The notes below the pieces were generated by a model. It did not search any database. It had not been told where the DNA came from and worked only from the letters and a program-made list of their open reading frames with translations. A stretch of DNA of 64,000 nucleotides. Source: the human T2T-CHM13v2.0 reference genome, Homo sapiens. How positions within the stretch are numbered: position 1 is the first letter of the stretch; every line of letters starts with the position of its first letter. The translations under genes were made by a program, and so were the position numbers. Where the stretch lies: NCBI RefSeq assembly GCF_009914755.1, contig NC_060942.1. One strand, written 5' to 3'. This document shows positions 26,770-40,189 of this stretch, one piece after another.

Positions 26770-28470
26770 AAGGAAAAATCTCGAAGCATCTGAGAACCAG
26801 CAGTCCTATAAAAGAAAGACAGTAAACAAAATCATCTCTTTAAGCAAATCTGAATTTTCTACCCTGGTAGGATGTCTTTAATAATAGCAGAGGAAAGAAG
26901 CAGAATCAATGGAGTGGCCAAAGCAAGACTTTAAAAATATGGATATAAATATGTTTTAAAATATAAATAACACAATAGAAACCTGAAGGAAGAACAAGCT
27001 GCTATAAAAAAGTTGGATACAGATTAAAATGTAGTTAAATAAAATATTCAATAGATGGTTAAACATTAAGAAGAATATTGCTGAAGAAGCAATTTGTGAT
27101 ATAGAAGAATAATTATATAATGATAAAAAGGTTGTAGAAGTCTTCAATAAAGAAAGAACATAAAATAGTCATATGAAGAATAAATAAAAAAGAAGTGAAG
27201 ATACATGAAAGAAAGAGAAAAATGATAGGAGAAATGAGAGAAGGAATATTGGAAGATATAATGAATTTGTTTTATGAGGATTAAAGAAAATAAATATCTA
27301 AGAGTTGGATTGAAAAATATTATCAATTAGAATTTTAAAAAGATGAAATTCTCAACCATTAAAGACAGAGATGAAACAAATCACCAAGAAACAATAATCA
27401 GATTATCATCAGAATTTTCAACCATATCATTAGATTCATGAATACAAAGGAGTAATAATACATCCAAAACAAAAGATAATAACATTTATCCTAGAAGTTC
27501 ATATTCATTTAAAATATTACTTAAATTTGAGGGTAAAGATATTTGCAGGCCATGGAAGATCTCCTTAAAGAACTCCTGAAAAATGTCGTCAGGGAAGAAG
27601 GAAAAGGAATACAAGAAAAAACAATGTGATCTGGCAAATAATTTGGTTATGTAAAGAATTTAGTAGAATTTATTTTAATTTAAATAAATAATTTTACAAA
27701 AGCATACAGTAGTCCCTCGTTATCCACTTTTTCACTTTCCCCAGTTTCAGTTACCTGCAGTCAACTATGGTCCAAAAATATTAAATGGAAAATTCCAGAA
27801 ATAAACAATTCATAAGATTTAAATAGCAAGCCATACTGAGGAGCATAATAAATCTCACACCATCTGCCCCATCCTACCTGGGGCATAAATCATTCCTCTG
27901 TCCAGAGAATCCATGCTGAAATCTGTGCTGTATACACTACCTGCCAGTTAATCACTTAGCAGCCATTTTGGTTATCAGACCTACAACTGTTGCATTATGG
28001 CAGTGCTGCTGTTCAAGTAACACTTATTTTACTTATACAGCCCCAAAGTGAATGAGAGGTGATGCTGGCAATTTGAATATGCAGAAGAGAAGCCATAAAG
28101 TGCTTCCTTTAAGTGAAAAGGTGAAAGTTCTTGACTTAATCCAGAAAGAAAAAGAATTGTGTGCTGAGGATGCTAAGACCTATGGTAAGAACAGATTTAA
28201 CTGTGAAATTTTGAAGAAGAATAAAGAAATTAAAAAGTAGTATATATAGGGTTTTGTACTATCTTCGGTTTCAGGCATCCAATGAGGGTCTTGGAATGTA
28301 TCCTCCGTGAATATAGGGGAACTACTGTATTTATGAGAACCAGAAACTAATTCTCCATAATATATTAGCATGGCATTAGAGTCAAGAAGGGATAAGGAAT
28401 TGATGAGAGATGTAGCAAATTAAGTTTCTTATGTTATTAGGGTAAGAGGCAAATAGTGTGGAGAAGCCTT
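26770..28470 (+). mobile_element. Very old L1 (L1ME-like) ORF1-region relic, interrupted by MER44
   Basis: A-rich, with L1 ORF1 3'-part phrases (atcagattatcatcagaattttca, tatcctagaagttcatatt). Confidence 0.55.
27707..28327 (+). mobile_element. MER44 (Tigger7 derivative) retaining the transposase N-terminus
   Basis: TIRs cagtagtcc/gaactactg, TA TSD; ORF 28052-28240 includes KRSHKVLPLSEKVKVLDLIQKEK (pipsqueak/CENP-B-type HTH). Confidence 0.9.
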
Positions 28471-28477
28471 ATGTTTC

Positions 28478-29520
28478 ACTTCTGGTTAGAATGGAGTTAA
28501 GTTGTATTGGACTAATCCTCCTGATTATTATAAATATTAACTCTGACGGGATATCTTAAAAAGCAAATGTTGAAGGCTCTGGAGAGTAACCAAAGCAGGC
28601 AGAACCTGAAAGGGATACGACCCTTGAGAAACGAGAAGGACACTTGGTAAGACCAGCTTTTTACCAAAGAAAACCCTCCAGTTGTCTGTGTGAACAACAG
28701 AGAGAGCTCAAGCAGAAAACAACAATTTTACTTGAAGGAAGAGTCAGAGATTGAAGTGTGAGTATGCAAGAATGAATGGAAATTAAAAAGGAGGTAATCC
28801 TGAAAAGAATGGAGACTCAAAACCTGCATAAAATTTCACTTCAATCCTTGATTGACTCCTCAATTGCAATGCCAGAGTGAGTTTCCTAGGATCTAAGTGG
28901 AAAGCAATAGCCAGAAGGCTGCAAGAGCTGCTTTCCTGGTTCTGGGAAACAAAGATTGTAATTCAAGACTTAAGTAGTAGGAGAAATCCCCGAAGTGTCA
29001 TACCTTATCAGAAAGACAGTATCCTAGGAAAAGCAGCTATGCTTCAAGATAAAGGGCAGAACTAAATAAATCTGCCCTGAAAAGCCTGAAGCAAGTTTCT
29101 AAGGAAACAGGCCAATCTGAAGGAATTTAACAGCCTCAGCTTCAGAGGAAGAAAACAATTCAGAGTATCCGTAATGTATTTTCACCAATGACAAGTGTAT
29201 AAATTTTAAGGTTACTATTAATTTAAAAAATTACTACACAACCAAAAAGGTAAGAACATATTAACCATAATATGAGAGAAAAACAAGAAACAAAAAGAAG
29301 TTACTAGGAACAAAATGACAGTGAAAAGATATTAGAATAAGACAGAGGGACAAAAATGGCTGTTATAAATATTTTAAATAATCTACAAAAAATAAGATAA
29401 ATAGAAATGGTGAAGAAATGGGTCATTTCAACAGACACATAGAAATTCTGAAAGAGAGTGAGATAATATTCTGAAACTAAAAAATAAATACCTAAAATAA
29501 AAGATTCATTGAATACAACT
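28478..29520 (+). mobile_element. Old L1M 5' UTR and ORF1 start
   Basis: Begins acttctggttagaatggag; ORF1-like A-rich sequence from ~29250. Confidence 0.55.
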
Positions 29521-29578
29521 ACTTCCGATTATAAAGGAGTCACTGGTATCAGACTTAAATTCCTACCATACATATATG

Positions 29579-29579
<1 letters not shown>

Positions 29580-29618
<39 letters not shown>
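29580..29618. repeat. (CA)n microsatellite
   Basis: About 19 CA units. Confidence 0.97.
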
Positions 29619-29619
<1 letters not shown>

Positions 29620-29883
29620 CTTTTTTTCAGATAGCACAGAAATGTGTCTCAGAAAATAATGGGAAAAAAAAGGTGAGTCTAAAGTCTTCCCATCTTTTTG
29701 TCTGAAGATAATTTCTAAACCACAGAGCAACCATGATATCCCAAACAGCAGAGAGGTCTCTGTGAATTGAAGGAGAAAAGAGTTAATATTGAGAAGGTCA
29801 ACATGGCTGGTGACAATTAATTATTTTGACAATTTAAGGATTCATTTTTTAAACCAAGGGTAACCATTAAAAAATAAATAATT

Positions 29884-30200
29884 AGCTGGGCATGGTGGCT
29901 CATGCCCATAATCCCAGCACTTTGGGAGACCAAGGTGGTCAGATTGCTTGAGCCCATGAGTTTGAGACCAGCCTGAGCAATATAGAGAAACCCCATCTGT
30001 ACAAAAAATACAAAATTTAGACAGGCATGGTGATGCATGCCTGTAGTCCCAGCTGCTCAGGAGGCTGAGGTGGCAGTATCACCCGAGCCTGAGAATTTGA
30101 GGGTGCAGTGAGCTGTGCTTCTGCCACTGCACTTCAGCCTAAATGACAGAGTGAGACCCTGTGTCCGAACATAAAAATAAAAATAAATAAATATATAAAA
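29884..30200 (+). mobile_element. AluJ
   Basis: gattgcttgagccc and agtgagaccctgt (J-type), dimeric, A-rich tail. Confidence 0.92.
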
Positions 30201-30433
30201 ATAAAGAGATACAGATAGCAATCTAAGAATGGAGATAAATGGAACACAAGTAAATGCACAATTTAGTCTAACTGTATTAATAATCATTTTAATTGTTTAC
30301 GGTCTAAATATACCAATTAAAAATAGAAATAGTCACAGAGTAGATCACAAAACAACAAGACCCAACTACATGTTGTCTACAAGAAATTCACTTTACATAT
30401 ATATATATATATATGTGTGTACATATATATATA

Positions 30434-31145
30434 TGTGGTAGTCATAGTTGTAGAAATAGCTAGCACATAAATTGCTTTTACCATATGTAAGCCAAGTACA
30501 AATGTTAATATATTTATTCCTTCTAATAATCCTTTAAGGTGGCATTCTGATCTTGATTTCATAAAGAAATTGAGCTTAAGTATATACTCCCAATCATAAA
30601 GTTAGGAATCAGTGAATCAGCGTTCAAACACAAATAGTCTGATTGCAGATTGGGTTTTGATGCTCCGCAATAACAACTCTTTGTAGGCAACAATGGTAGC
30701 CAAGTAGTTATATTTAAGAGGCAGAAGGAGATCTATTTACAACTTGAAGAATTCGTTGATTCTGATTCTAGGCTGCACAGAAGCCTAATTAGTATACACC
30801 TCTATTATAGTTGGAAAAAATAATGTTGTAATTGGCTACATTATTATAAAAACATTACTGAGGCCCACAATTTTTTAAATAGTATTTTATTACTTGGATT
30901 TTAAATAAGAAGTATTAGTCTTTACAAACATTTGCACGTGGTTAAAAACATCAACAATCGTATGCAGTTTAAAGACTTTTGCTTTCCAAATTAAAGAATA
31001 AACACACTTCCTCAAGGACATACTGCTCAGATTAGACTACTGCTATGTACTTAAAATAAGTTAAATTTAACCATTCATATAATATTAAGGTAACAGAATG
31101 AGAATATCTCTTCTTAATACAATTAATATTTAATACATGCTGTAT
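30434..31145 (+). repeat. Inserted copy of 25568-26281 inside a (TA)n tract of L1 ORF2
   Basis: About 95% identity to the donor; flanked on both sides by TA-repeat and then L1 endonuclease-region sequence. Confidence 0.97.
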
Positions 31146-34100
31146 GTATATATATATATTCAAGGTAAATGAATAAAGATATGCCATACCAACACTAATC
31201 AAATTAAAGCAGGAAAGCTGTATACATTTCAGACAGAGCAGACTTTAGAGCAAGGAAAGGAACCCAGAATAAAGTAGGGCATTACATAATGACAAAAAAG
31301 TCAATCCTCCTAGAAGGCATAAAGATCCTCACTATGTATAAACTTAACAACACAGCATCAAAATAAATGAGGCAAAAATTAGTAGGACAGAACAGCAAAG
31401 AGAAATAGATGAATTCACTATTACAATTGGAGAATTTAACACCTGTTTTATCAACAATGGACAGATCCAGCATGTAGATAATCAGTAAGAACATAATTGA
31501 AGTCAACAATATCATCAATCAACTGGATATAATAGATATCTATAGACTTCATCCAATATCAGCAGATTATACATTCTTCTGCAGCTAACATAGAACATTC
31601 GTCAAGATAGATCACATATTCTGGGCCATAAACAGTTTAGCAAATGTAAAAGAAAAGAAATCATACTATGACTGCTGTCACATCACAATGAGATTAAATT
31701 AGAAATCAATAACAGAAAGATGGTTGAAAATTATAAAAATGTTTGGAGATTAAACAACACATTTTTAATTAACATATAGGTAAAAGCCAAAATCCAGGAG
31801 AGATTTTAAATTATTTTGAAATTCGTAAAAATGAAAATATAATTTTCATTTTCCTCTAAGAAGTGCTTAGAGGAAAATATGTAACACTGAATGCATATAT
31901 TAGAAGAGGAAAGACTTAAAGTTAATTACCCAAGCTTATATCTCAGGAAAATAGAAAAAGAATAGCAAGTTAGATACAAAGTGAGCAGAAGAAAAGAAAT
32001 AATAATTATTAGAACAGAAATACATAAAATTGAAAACAAGAAAATTAATAGAAAAAAATCAACAAAAGCAAAACCTGGTTATTTGAAAAGATCAATAAAA
32101 TTAATAGCCTTCTAGCCAGACTAAGATAAAAAGACCACACAAAGTACTAATATCTGAAATTAAAGAGGGACCTTCAATTCATATCTCATGAACATTAAAA
32201 GGATAAAAATTAAATGTTATAAAAACTCTATGCCCACAAATTTGATAATGAAGAAGAAATTGGCCAATTTATTGAAACATGCAACTGTCAAAACTCATGC
32301 AAAAAGAAACACACAATCTTAATAGGTTTGTATCTATTAAAGAAGTAGAATCAATAATTAATAATCTTCTAAAATAACATCTGACCCAGACCCAGGCAAC
32401 TTAACCTGGTAAATTCTACTGAACATTTAAGGAAGAAATTATATCAATTCTCTACAATCTTTTCCAGAATATATAAGCATGGAGAATACTTCATAACTCA
32501 TTCTGTTAAGCCAGCATCATTATTACCCAAATAACAAAACCAGACAAAGATATTACCAAAAAAAGCTATAGAACAATCACTCTCATAAACAAAGATGCAA
32601 AAATCCTCAGCAAAATATTAATAAATCAAATTCAACAATATATAAACAGAATTATACAAAATGACCAAGTTGGACATATCACTGATACACAAAGATAGTT
32701 CAACATTCAAAAATCAACTAATGCAATCCATCATAACAAGAGACTAAAGAATAATATCAGATAATCATGTCAACAATGCAGACAAGCACTCAACAGAATC
32801 CAGCACTGATTCATGATCAAAACTCTCAGGAAACTAGAAATACAGGCAAACTTCCTCAGTTTGACAAAGAACATATTCAAAATAACTACAGGCAATGTTA
32901 TATGTAACAGTGAGAAACTTAAACCTTTCTGCTAAGATAAGGAACAAAGTAAGACTTCTCTTCTCACCAATTTTTTTCCCCAACATTATACTGAAAGTCC
33001 TAACTAATGGAATAAAGCAAGAGAAGAAATAAAAAGATATACAGAGAGAGAAGAAATGAAAAAAAGGTATTTTTTTTTGCATTTGACTTGATTGCCTATT
33101 AAGAAAAATTTTAAAGGATCAACAAAACACTCCTGGAATTAATAAGCAATTATTGCAAAGTTAGGATACAAAATTAATATACAAAAATCAATTGCTTTCC
33201 TATACAACAGCAAAGAACAAGTGGAATTTAAAATGAAAAACACATTACCATTTAAATTTGCATCCCCCAAAATGAAATGCTTAGTTATAAATCTGACAAA
33301 GTATGTACAAGATCTATATGAGGGAAACTACAAAAATGTAATGAAAGATTTTTAAGATAAATAAATGAAGTTAAACCTCATGTTAATGGGTAGGAAGACT
33401 CAATATTATCAAGACATGTTGATCTATAGAGTCAATACAATCCCAGTTAAAATCCCAAGGTATTTTGTGGATATCAACAAATTGATTTTCAAGTTCATAT
33501 CACAAAATAAAAGACCAGAATAGTCTTCAATAGTTCTTCAATATTGAAGGAAGACAAAGTTAGAGAAAACACTATCTGATTTAAAGACTTCCTATAAAGT
33601 TACAGTAATCATGACAGTGCTGTATTGGAAAAAATAATAGACAAATAGATTGGTAGAACAGAATAAAGAACTCAGAAATAAACCCACATAAGTATAGTCA
33701 ACTAATATTGGACAAAAAAGCAAAGGCAATACAATGTTAAAAAAGTATGTTCAACAAATAGTGCTGGAAAAACTGCACATCTATACGTAAAAAAAAAAAT
33801 GTAGACATAAACCTTACACCCTTCACAAATTTTAACTCAAAATGGATCACAGACTTAAGTGTAAAATGAAAAACTACAAAGCTCCTGTAAGATAATAAAG
33901 TCAATAACCTAAGTGACCTTTAGTATGGCAATGACTTTTTACATACAACAAAAAAGGCACAATTCATAAAAGAAATAATTGTTAAACTGAACTTCATTAA
34001 AATTAAAAACTTCTGTTCTGTTAAAGATACCATGAAAAGCATGAGAGATAAGCCACAGACTGGGAGAAAAATCTTTGCAAAAAACATTTAATAAAGGACT

Positions 34101-34963
34101 GTTATCCAAAAAATACATATAATTTTTAAACTCAACAATGAGAAAACTACCTGCTTAAAAAATTGGCAAAAGACCTTAACAGATATCTCATGAAAGAAGG
34201 TAAACAAATGAAAAGTAAGTATATGAAATGATGTTTAACATCTTATATTAAGTAATTGAAAATTTAAAAAAATAATGGAGGGGCCAAGATGACTGAGTAG
34301 AAGCTTCTGAGGTCCTTGGCTTTCATGGAGAAGAATGAAAATTATGAGTGAATTCAACACTTTCAACTGAAATGTCCAGGTTCTCACATTGAGACTGACT
34401 AGACAGATGGTGCGACTCACAAAGAAAAGTATGGTGGGGTGATGGCAACCCAGGAGTGGTGTTGGGCCAAAGGAACCCTCATCCCCAGCCAAGGGAAGTG
34501 GTGAGGGATTGTGCAACCCGCCCCCCCACCTCGGGAAACCGTGCTTCTCCCTTGGATCTTTGCAACCCATGGATCAGGAGAACCCTTATGAGCCCACAAC
34601 ATCAGGACCTTGGGTTCGATACACAAAGCTGGGTGGGGTCTCAGCAGAGTGGTCACTCAGGCTCACACAGAAACCCAGGAGTTTTACAATCTCTGGCCCT
34701 GCAAATCCTGGCAAGGCAGGGGATTCATTTGTATAGTTCCCCTAGAAAGGAATCTGAATCCAGGAAGCCAAACAGCATTGTTCTGTAGACTCCACTTCCA
34801 GGGCACCTCACAAGTTAAGACCCACTGGCTTGGAATTTCAGCAACAAGTGCAACAGACTGGAGACTGTCTGAGATGTACAAGTTCCCAGAGGGAGGGGCG
34901 GCCACCATTTCTGCAGTTAGGATGACTCAGTCATACTAGCCTGCTGGCTCCAGAGAGTCTGGG

Positions 34964-35436
34964 TGTTACTGGTTGAGGGTAGTTGTCCAGGTTCTTGGAG
35001 TTTCAGAAAAAGAATTGGACAAAATGCACAAGCAAGGCAGCCAAAGCAGAGATTTATTTTAAATAAAAGTACACTCCACAGGGTGGGAGTGGGCTTGAGC
35101 AAGCAACTCAAAAGTGCTGGTTACAGAATTTTCTAGGGTTTATATGCCCTCTAGAGGTTTTCCATTGGTTTAGTCTAGTAGCCCAGGACCAGCTTGATTG
35201 ATTGACGAGAAGGCCCACAACCAGCCCGACTGGTTGCAGGAGGGGACCACTCAGAGGTATTTTTATTTTCCAACTGCCATGCAGCAACTACCACACAGCA
35301 AAAGGAGGGGTTGCAACTGCTATGCAGCAACTACCGTGCAGAGAAAGGAGGGATTGGAAAGGGAGTAGCCTCTGATATCCAGTCAGCATGAGTTGGCCTT
35401 AGGTTCCCTCCCTCCAGACCCTGTTCCCCTGCCTCA
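34964..35436 (-). mobile_element. MER51-family solo LTR inserted in the L1PA 5' UTR
   Basis: Minus strand tgaggcaggggaacagggtctggaggg...cagtaaca; TSD tggg/cagg, both derivable from cggg; 43-bp tandem duplication at 35271-35356. Confidence 0.88.
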
Positions 35437-38287
35437 CAGGTAGTCCAGGTGAGGAGGAATGCCCAACACAGCACAGCTGCTCTGTCCGATCATGACTAGA
35501 TTGCTTTTTCAAGTGGGATCCCAATCCATCCCTCCTTATTGGGCAAGGCTTCCCTTTGGGAATTTCAGCAACTCCAGCCAGGGTTATGCAGACAGCTCTC
35601 TGGTCTCTTCCTGGGAGGGAGCCCACAGTGGGAGAGGCAGCCGACATTTCTGCCATTCAGTCAACTCGGTTTTTCTGCTGGCTCTGTAGAGTCTAGGCCG
35701 TCTGGACAAAGAAGGATTCTCCCCCCGTGCAGCATACCTGCTCTACCAAAAAGAAGCCAGATTGCTTCTTTAAGTGGGTTTCTGACTCTGTTCCTCCAGA
35801 CTGAGTGAGACGTCTCAACAGGGATCTCCAGGATCCTCCTACAGGACCGTCCAGGCTGGCAAGAGGTTAGTACCCCCTAGGATAGAGCCCCCAGAGGAAG
35901 GAGCAGGCTACTATCTTTGTTTTGTAGCTTCTACTGGTGATACCTCAGGTAAGGGAAAAACCAAAGCAACTAGGATCTGGAACAGTCCTCCAGCAAACCA
36001 CAACCACCCTACAGAAAGTTGCCTGAGTGTTAAAAGAAAGACAAACAAACTGAAAGCAACAACAACATTGACAAAACTGATCCCACAAAGATAAGAAAGA
36101 ATCAATGCAAAAATGCTGAAAACTCAAAAAGAATGAGCAAATGAAAAATAAGTATATGCTTCTTCTCCTCCAAATGACCGCAATACCTCTCCAGCAAGAG
36201 TACAGAAGTAAGCTGAGGCTGAAGTGGCTGAATTGACAAAGTAGGCTTCAGAAGGTGGGTAATAATGACCTTTGCTGAGCTAAAGGAGCATATTGTAACC
36301 CAATGGAAAGAAGGTAAGAATCATGATAAAACAACACAAGAGCTGACAGCCAGAATTGCCCTTTTAGAAAGGGACGTAACTAACCCGATGGAGCTAAAAA
36401 GCATGCTATGAGAACATCACAGTGCAATCACAAATATCAATAGCAGAATAGATCGTGCAGAAGAAAGAATATCAAAGTTGGAAGACCATCTTTTTGAAAC
36501 AAGGCAGAGAAGAATAGAGAAAAAAGAATGAAAAGGAATGAACAAAATCTCCAAGAAATATTGGACTATGTAAAGAGACCAAACCTACAACTGACTGGGG
36601 TACCTTAAAAGGATGAGAAAAATGGAACCAAGTTGGAAAACATACTTCAGGATATCATATGGGTAAACTTCTCCAACCTAGCAAGACAGGCCAACCATTC
36701 AAATTCAGGAAATGCAGAGAACCCCAGTAAGATACCTCGTGAGAAGATCAACCCAAGACACATTATCATCAGCTTCTCCAAGGTTGAATTGAAAGAAAAA
36801 ATGTTTAGGGCAGTCAAAAAGAAAGGCAAGATTTCCTGCAAAGGGAAGCCCATCAGACTAACAACAGAACTATCAGCAGAAACTCTACATGCCAGAAGAG
36901 ATTGGGGGTCAATATTCAACATTCTTAAATTAAAAAAAAGTCTAACCCAGAATTTCATATCTGGCCAAACTAAGCTTCATAAGCAAAGAAGAAATAAGAT
37001 CCTTTTCAGAAAAGCAAATGCTGAGGGAATTTGTCACCACCAGACCTGCCTTGCAAGAGCTCCTGAAGGATGCACTAAATTTGGAAAGGGAAAACTGGTA
37101 CCAGCCACTACAAAAACTACACTGAAATACACAGACCAGTGACACTATGAAGCAACCACATGAACAATTCTGCAGAATAACCAGCTAGCATCATGATGAC
37201 AGGATCAAATTCACATGTAACAATACTAAACTTAAATGTAAATGGGCTAAATGCCCCAATTAAAAGACACAGAATAGCAAGCTGGTTAGAGTCAAGACCC
37301 ATTGGTGTGCTACCTTCAAGAGATCCATCTCACATGCAAAGATACACATAGACTCAAAATAAAGGGATGGAGGGAAATTTACCAAGCAAATGGAAAAAGA
37401 AAAAAAAGCAGTGGTCACAATCTTAATTTCTGACAAAACAGACTTTAAATCAACAAAGATTAAAAAAAGACAAAGAAGGGAATTACATAATGGCAAAGGG
37501 GTCAATTCAACAAGATATTAACTATCCTGAATATATATGCACCCAATACAAGAACACTCAGATTTATAAGGCATGTTCTTAGAGACCTACAAAGAGACTT
37601 AGACTGCTGCACAATAATAGCAGGAGACTTTAACACACCACTAACAATATTAGACAGATCGTTGAGACAGAAAATTAACAAAGATATTCAGGACCTGAAC
37701 TCAGCTCTGGACTAAGCAGACCTGATGTACAGAACTCTCCACTTAAAACAATAGAATATACATTCTTCTCATTGCCACATGGTACTTACTCTAAAACTTA
37801 TCACATAATCAGAAGAAAACACTTCTCAGCAAATGCAAAATAACTGAAATTATAACAGTCTTTCAGACCACAGTACAAATTAAAATTCAAGACAAAGAAA
37901 TTCACTCAAAACCACACGACTATATGGAAATTGAACAATCTGCTCCTGAATGATTGCTGGGTAAATAATGAAATTAAGGCAGAAATAAAAAAGTTCTGTA
38001 AAACTAATAAGAACAAAGAGACACCATACCAGAATCTGCAGGATGTGGCTAAATCAGTACTAGAAGGGAAATTTATAGCACTAAATGCCACATCAAAAAG
38101 CTAGAAAGATCTCAGTTTGACATCCTAACATCACAACTGAAAGAACTAAAGAAACAAGAGCAAACAAACTCCAAAGCTAGCAGAAGACAAGAAATAACCA
38201 TAATCAAAGTGGAACTGAAGGAGATAGAGACATGAAAATCCCTTAAAAAATCAATGAATCCACGAGCTCGTTTTTTTTTAAATAATA

Positions 38288-38365
38288 TTAGGTTGGTGCA
38301 AAATAATTCCAGCTTTTGTCATTGAAAGTGAGAGCAAAACCATAATTACTTTTGCACCAACCTAA
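38288..38365. mobile_element. MADE1 (Hsmar1 MITE)
   Basis: ttaggttggtgcaaaa...ttttgcaccaacctaa inverted ends, 78 bp, TA TSD. Confidence 0.95.
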
Positions 38366-39750
38366 TATAATAGACTGCTAGTTAGGCTAATTAAAAAAAA
38401 GAGAGAGAAGAATCAAATAGACACAATGAGAAACAATAAGGAGGATATCACCAGTGACCCCACAGAAATACAAAGAACCATTAGATAATACTATAAACTC
38501 CTGTATACACATAAACTAGAAAATATGGAATAAATGGATGAGTTCACGGATGCATACACCCTCCCAAGACTGAACCAGGAAGAAACTGAATCCCTGAATA
38601 GACCAATAACAAGTTCTGAAATTGAGGCAGTAATAAATAGGCCAACCAATAACGGCCCAGGACCAGATGGATTTACAGCTCGATTCTACCAGAGGTAAAA
38701 AGAAGCGCTTGTGCCATCTCTACTGAAACTATTCCAAACAACTGAAAAGGAAGGACTCCTCCTTAACTCATTTTATAAGGTCAGCATTATCCTAATAACG
38801 AAACCTGGCAGAGTTACAACACCAACAAATAAAACATTAGGCCAATATCCCTGATGAACGTCAATGCAAAAATCCTTAGTAAAATACTGACAAACTGAAT
38901 CCAGCAGCACATAAGAAAGCTTATCCACCACAATCAAGTTGACTTCATCATTGGGACACAATTGGTTCAACATACACCAATCAATAAATGTAATTTATCA
39001 CATAAAGAGAACTAAACACAGTAACCACATGATTATCTTAATAGAAGCAAAAAAGGCCTTCAATAAAATTCAACATCCATTCATGTTAAAAACTCTCAAT
39101 AAAATAGGTATTGGAGGAACATACATCAAAATAATAAGAGCCATATATGAAAAGCCCACAATCAACATCATATTGAAAGGACAAAAGCTAGAAGCATTCC
39201 CTTTGAAAACCAGCACAAGGCAAGGATGCCCTTTCTCACCCCTCCTATTCAACACAGTATTGGAAGTTCTGGCCAGGGCAATCAGGCAAGAGAAAGAAAT
39301 AAAGTGTATCAAATAGGGAGAGAAGAAGTCAAACTATCTTTGTTTGCAGATGACATGATCCTATATCTAGAAAATCCCATCATCTCAGCCCCAAAGCTTC
39401 TTAAACTGATAAGCAACTTCAGCAATGTCTCAGGATACAATGTGCAAAAATTACTAGCTTTCCTATACACCAAAAGGCAAGCAGAGAGTGAAATCATGAA
39501 TGAACTCCTATTCACAATTGCTACAAGAAGAATAAAATACCTAGGAATACAGCAAACAAGGGAACTGAAGAATCTCTTCAAAGAACACTACAAACCACTG
39601 CTCAAGGTAACCAGAGAGGATAAATGGAAAAACATTCCATGTTCATGGATAATAAGAATAAATATCATGAAAATGGCAAAACTGCCCAAAGTAATTTATA
39701 GATTTAATGCTATTCACATTAAACTAGCATAGACATTCTCCACAGAATTA

Positions 39751-40189
<439 letters not shown>

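Noticed and set aside
25493-30562. Two near-identical ORFs (MKSRSECHLKGLLEGIN...) suggesting paralogous genes
   Set aside because: By-product of the 712-bp duplication over MIR-like sequence; non-ATG start in one copy and no coding features.
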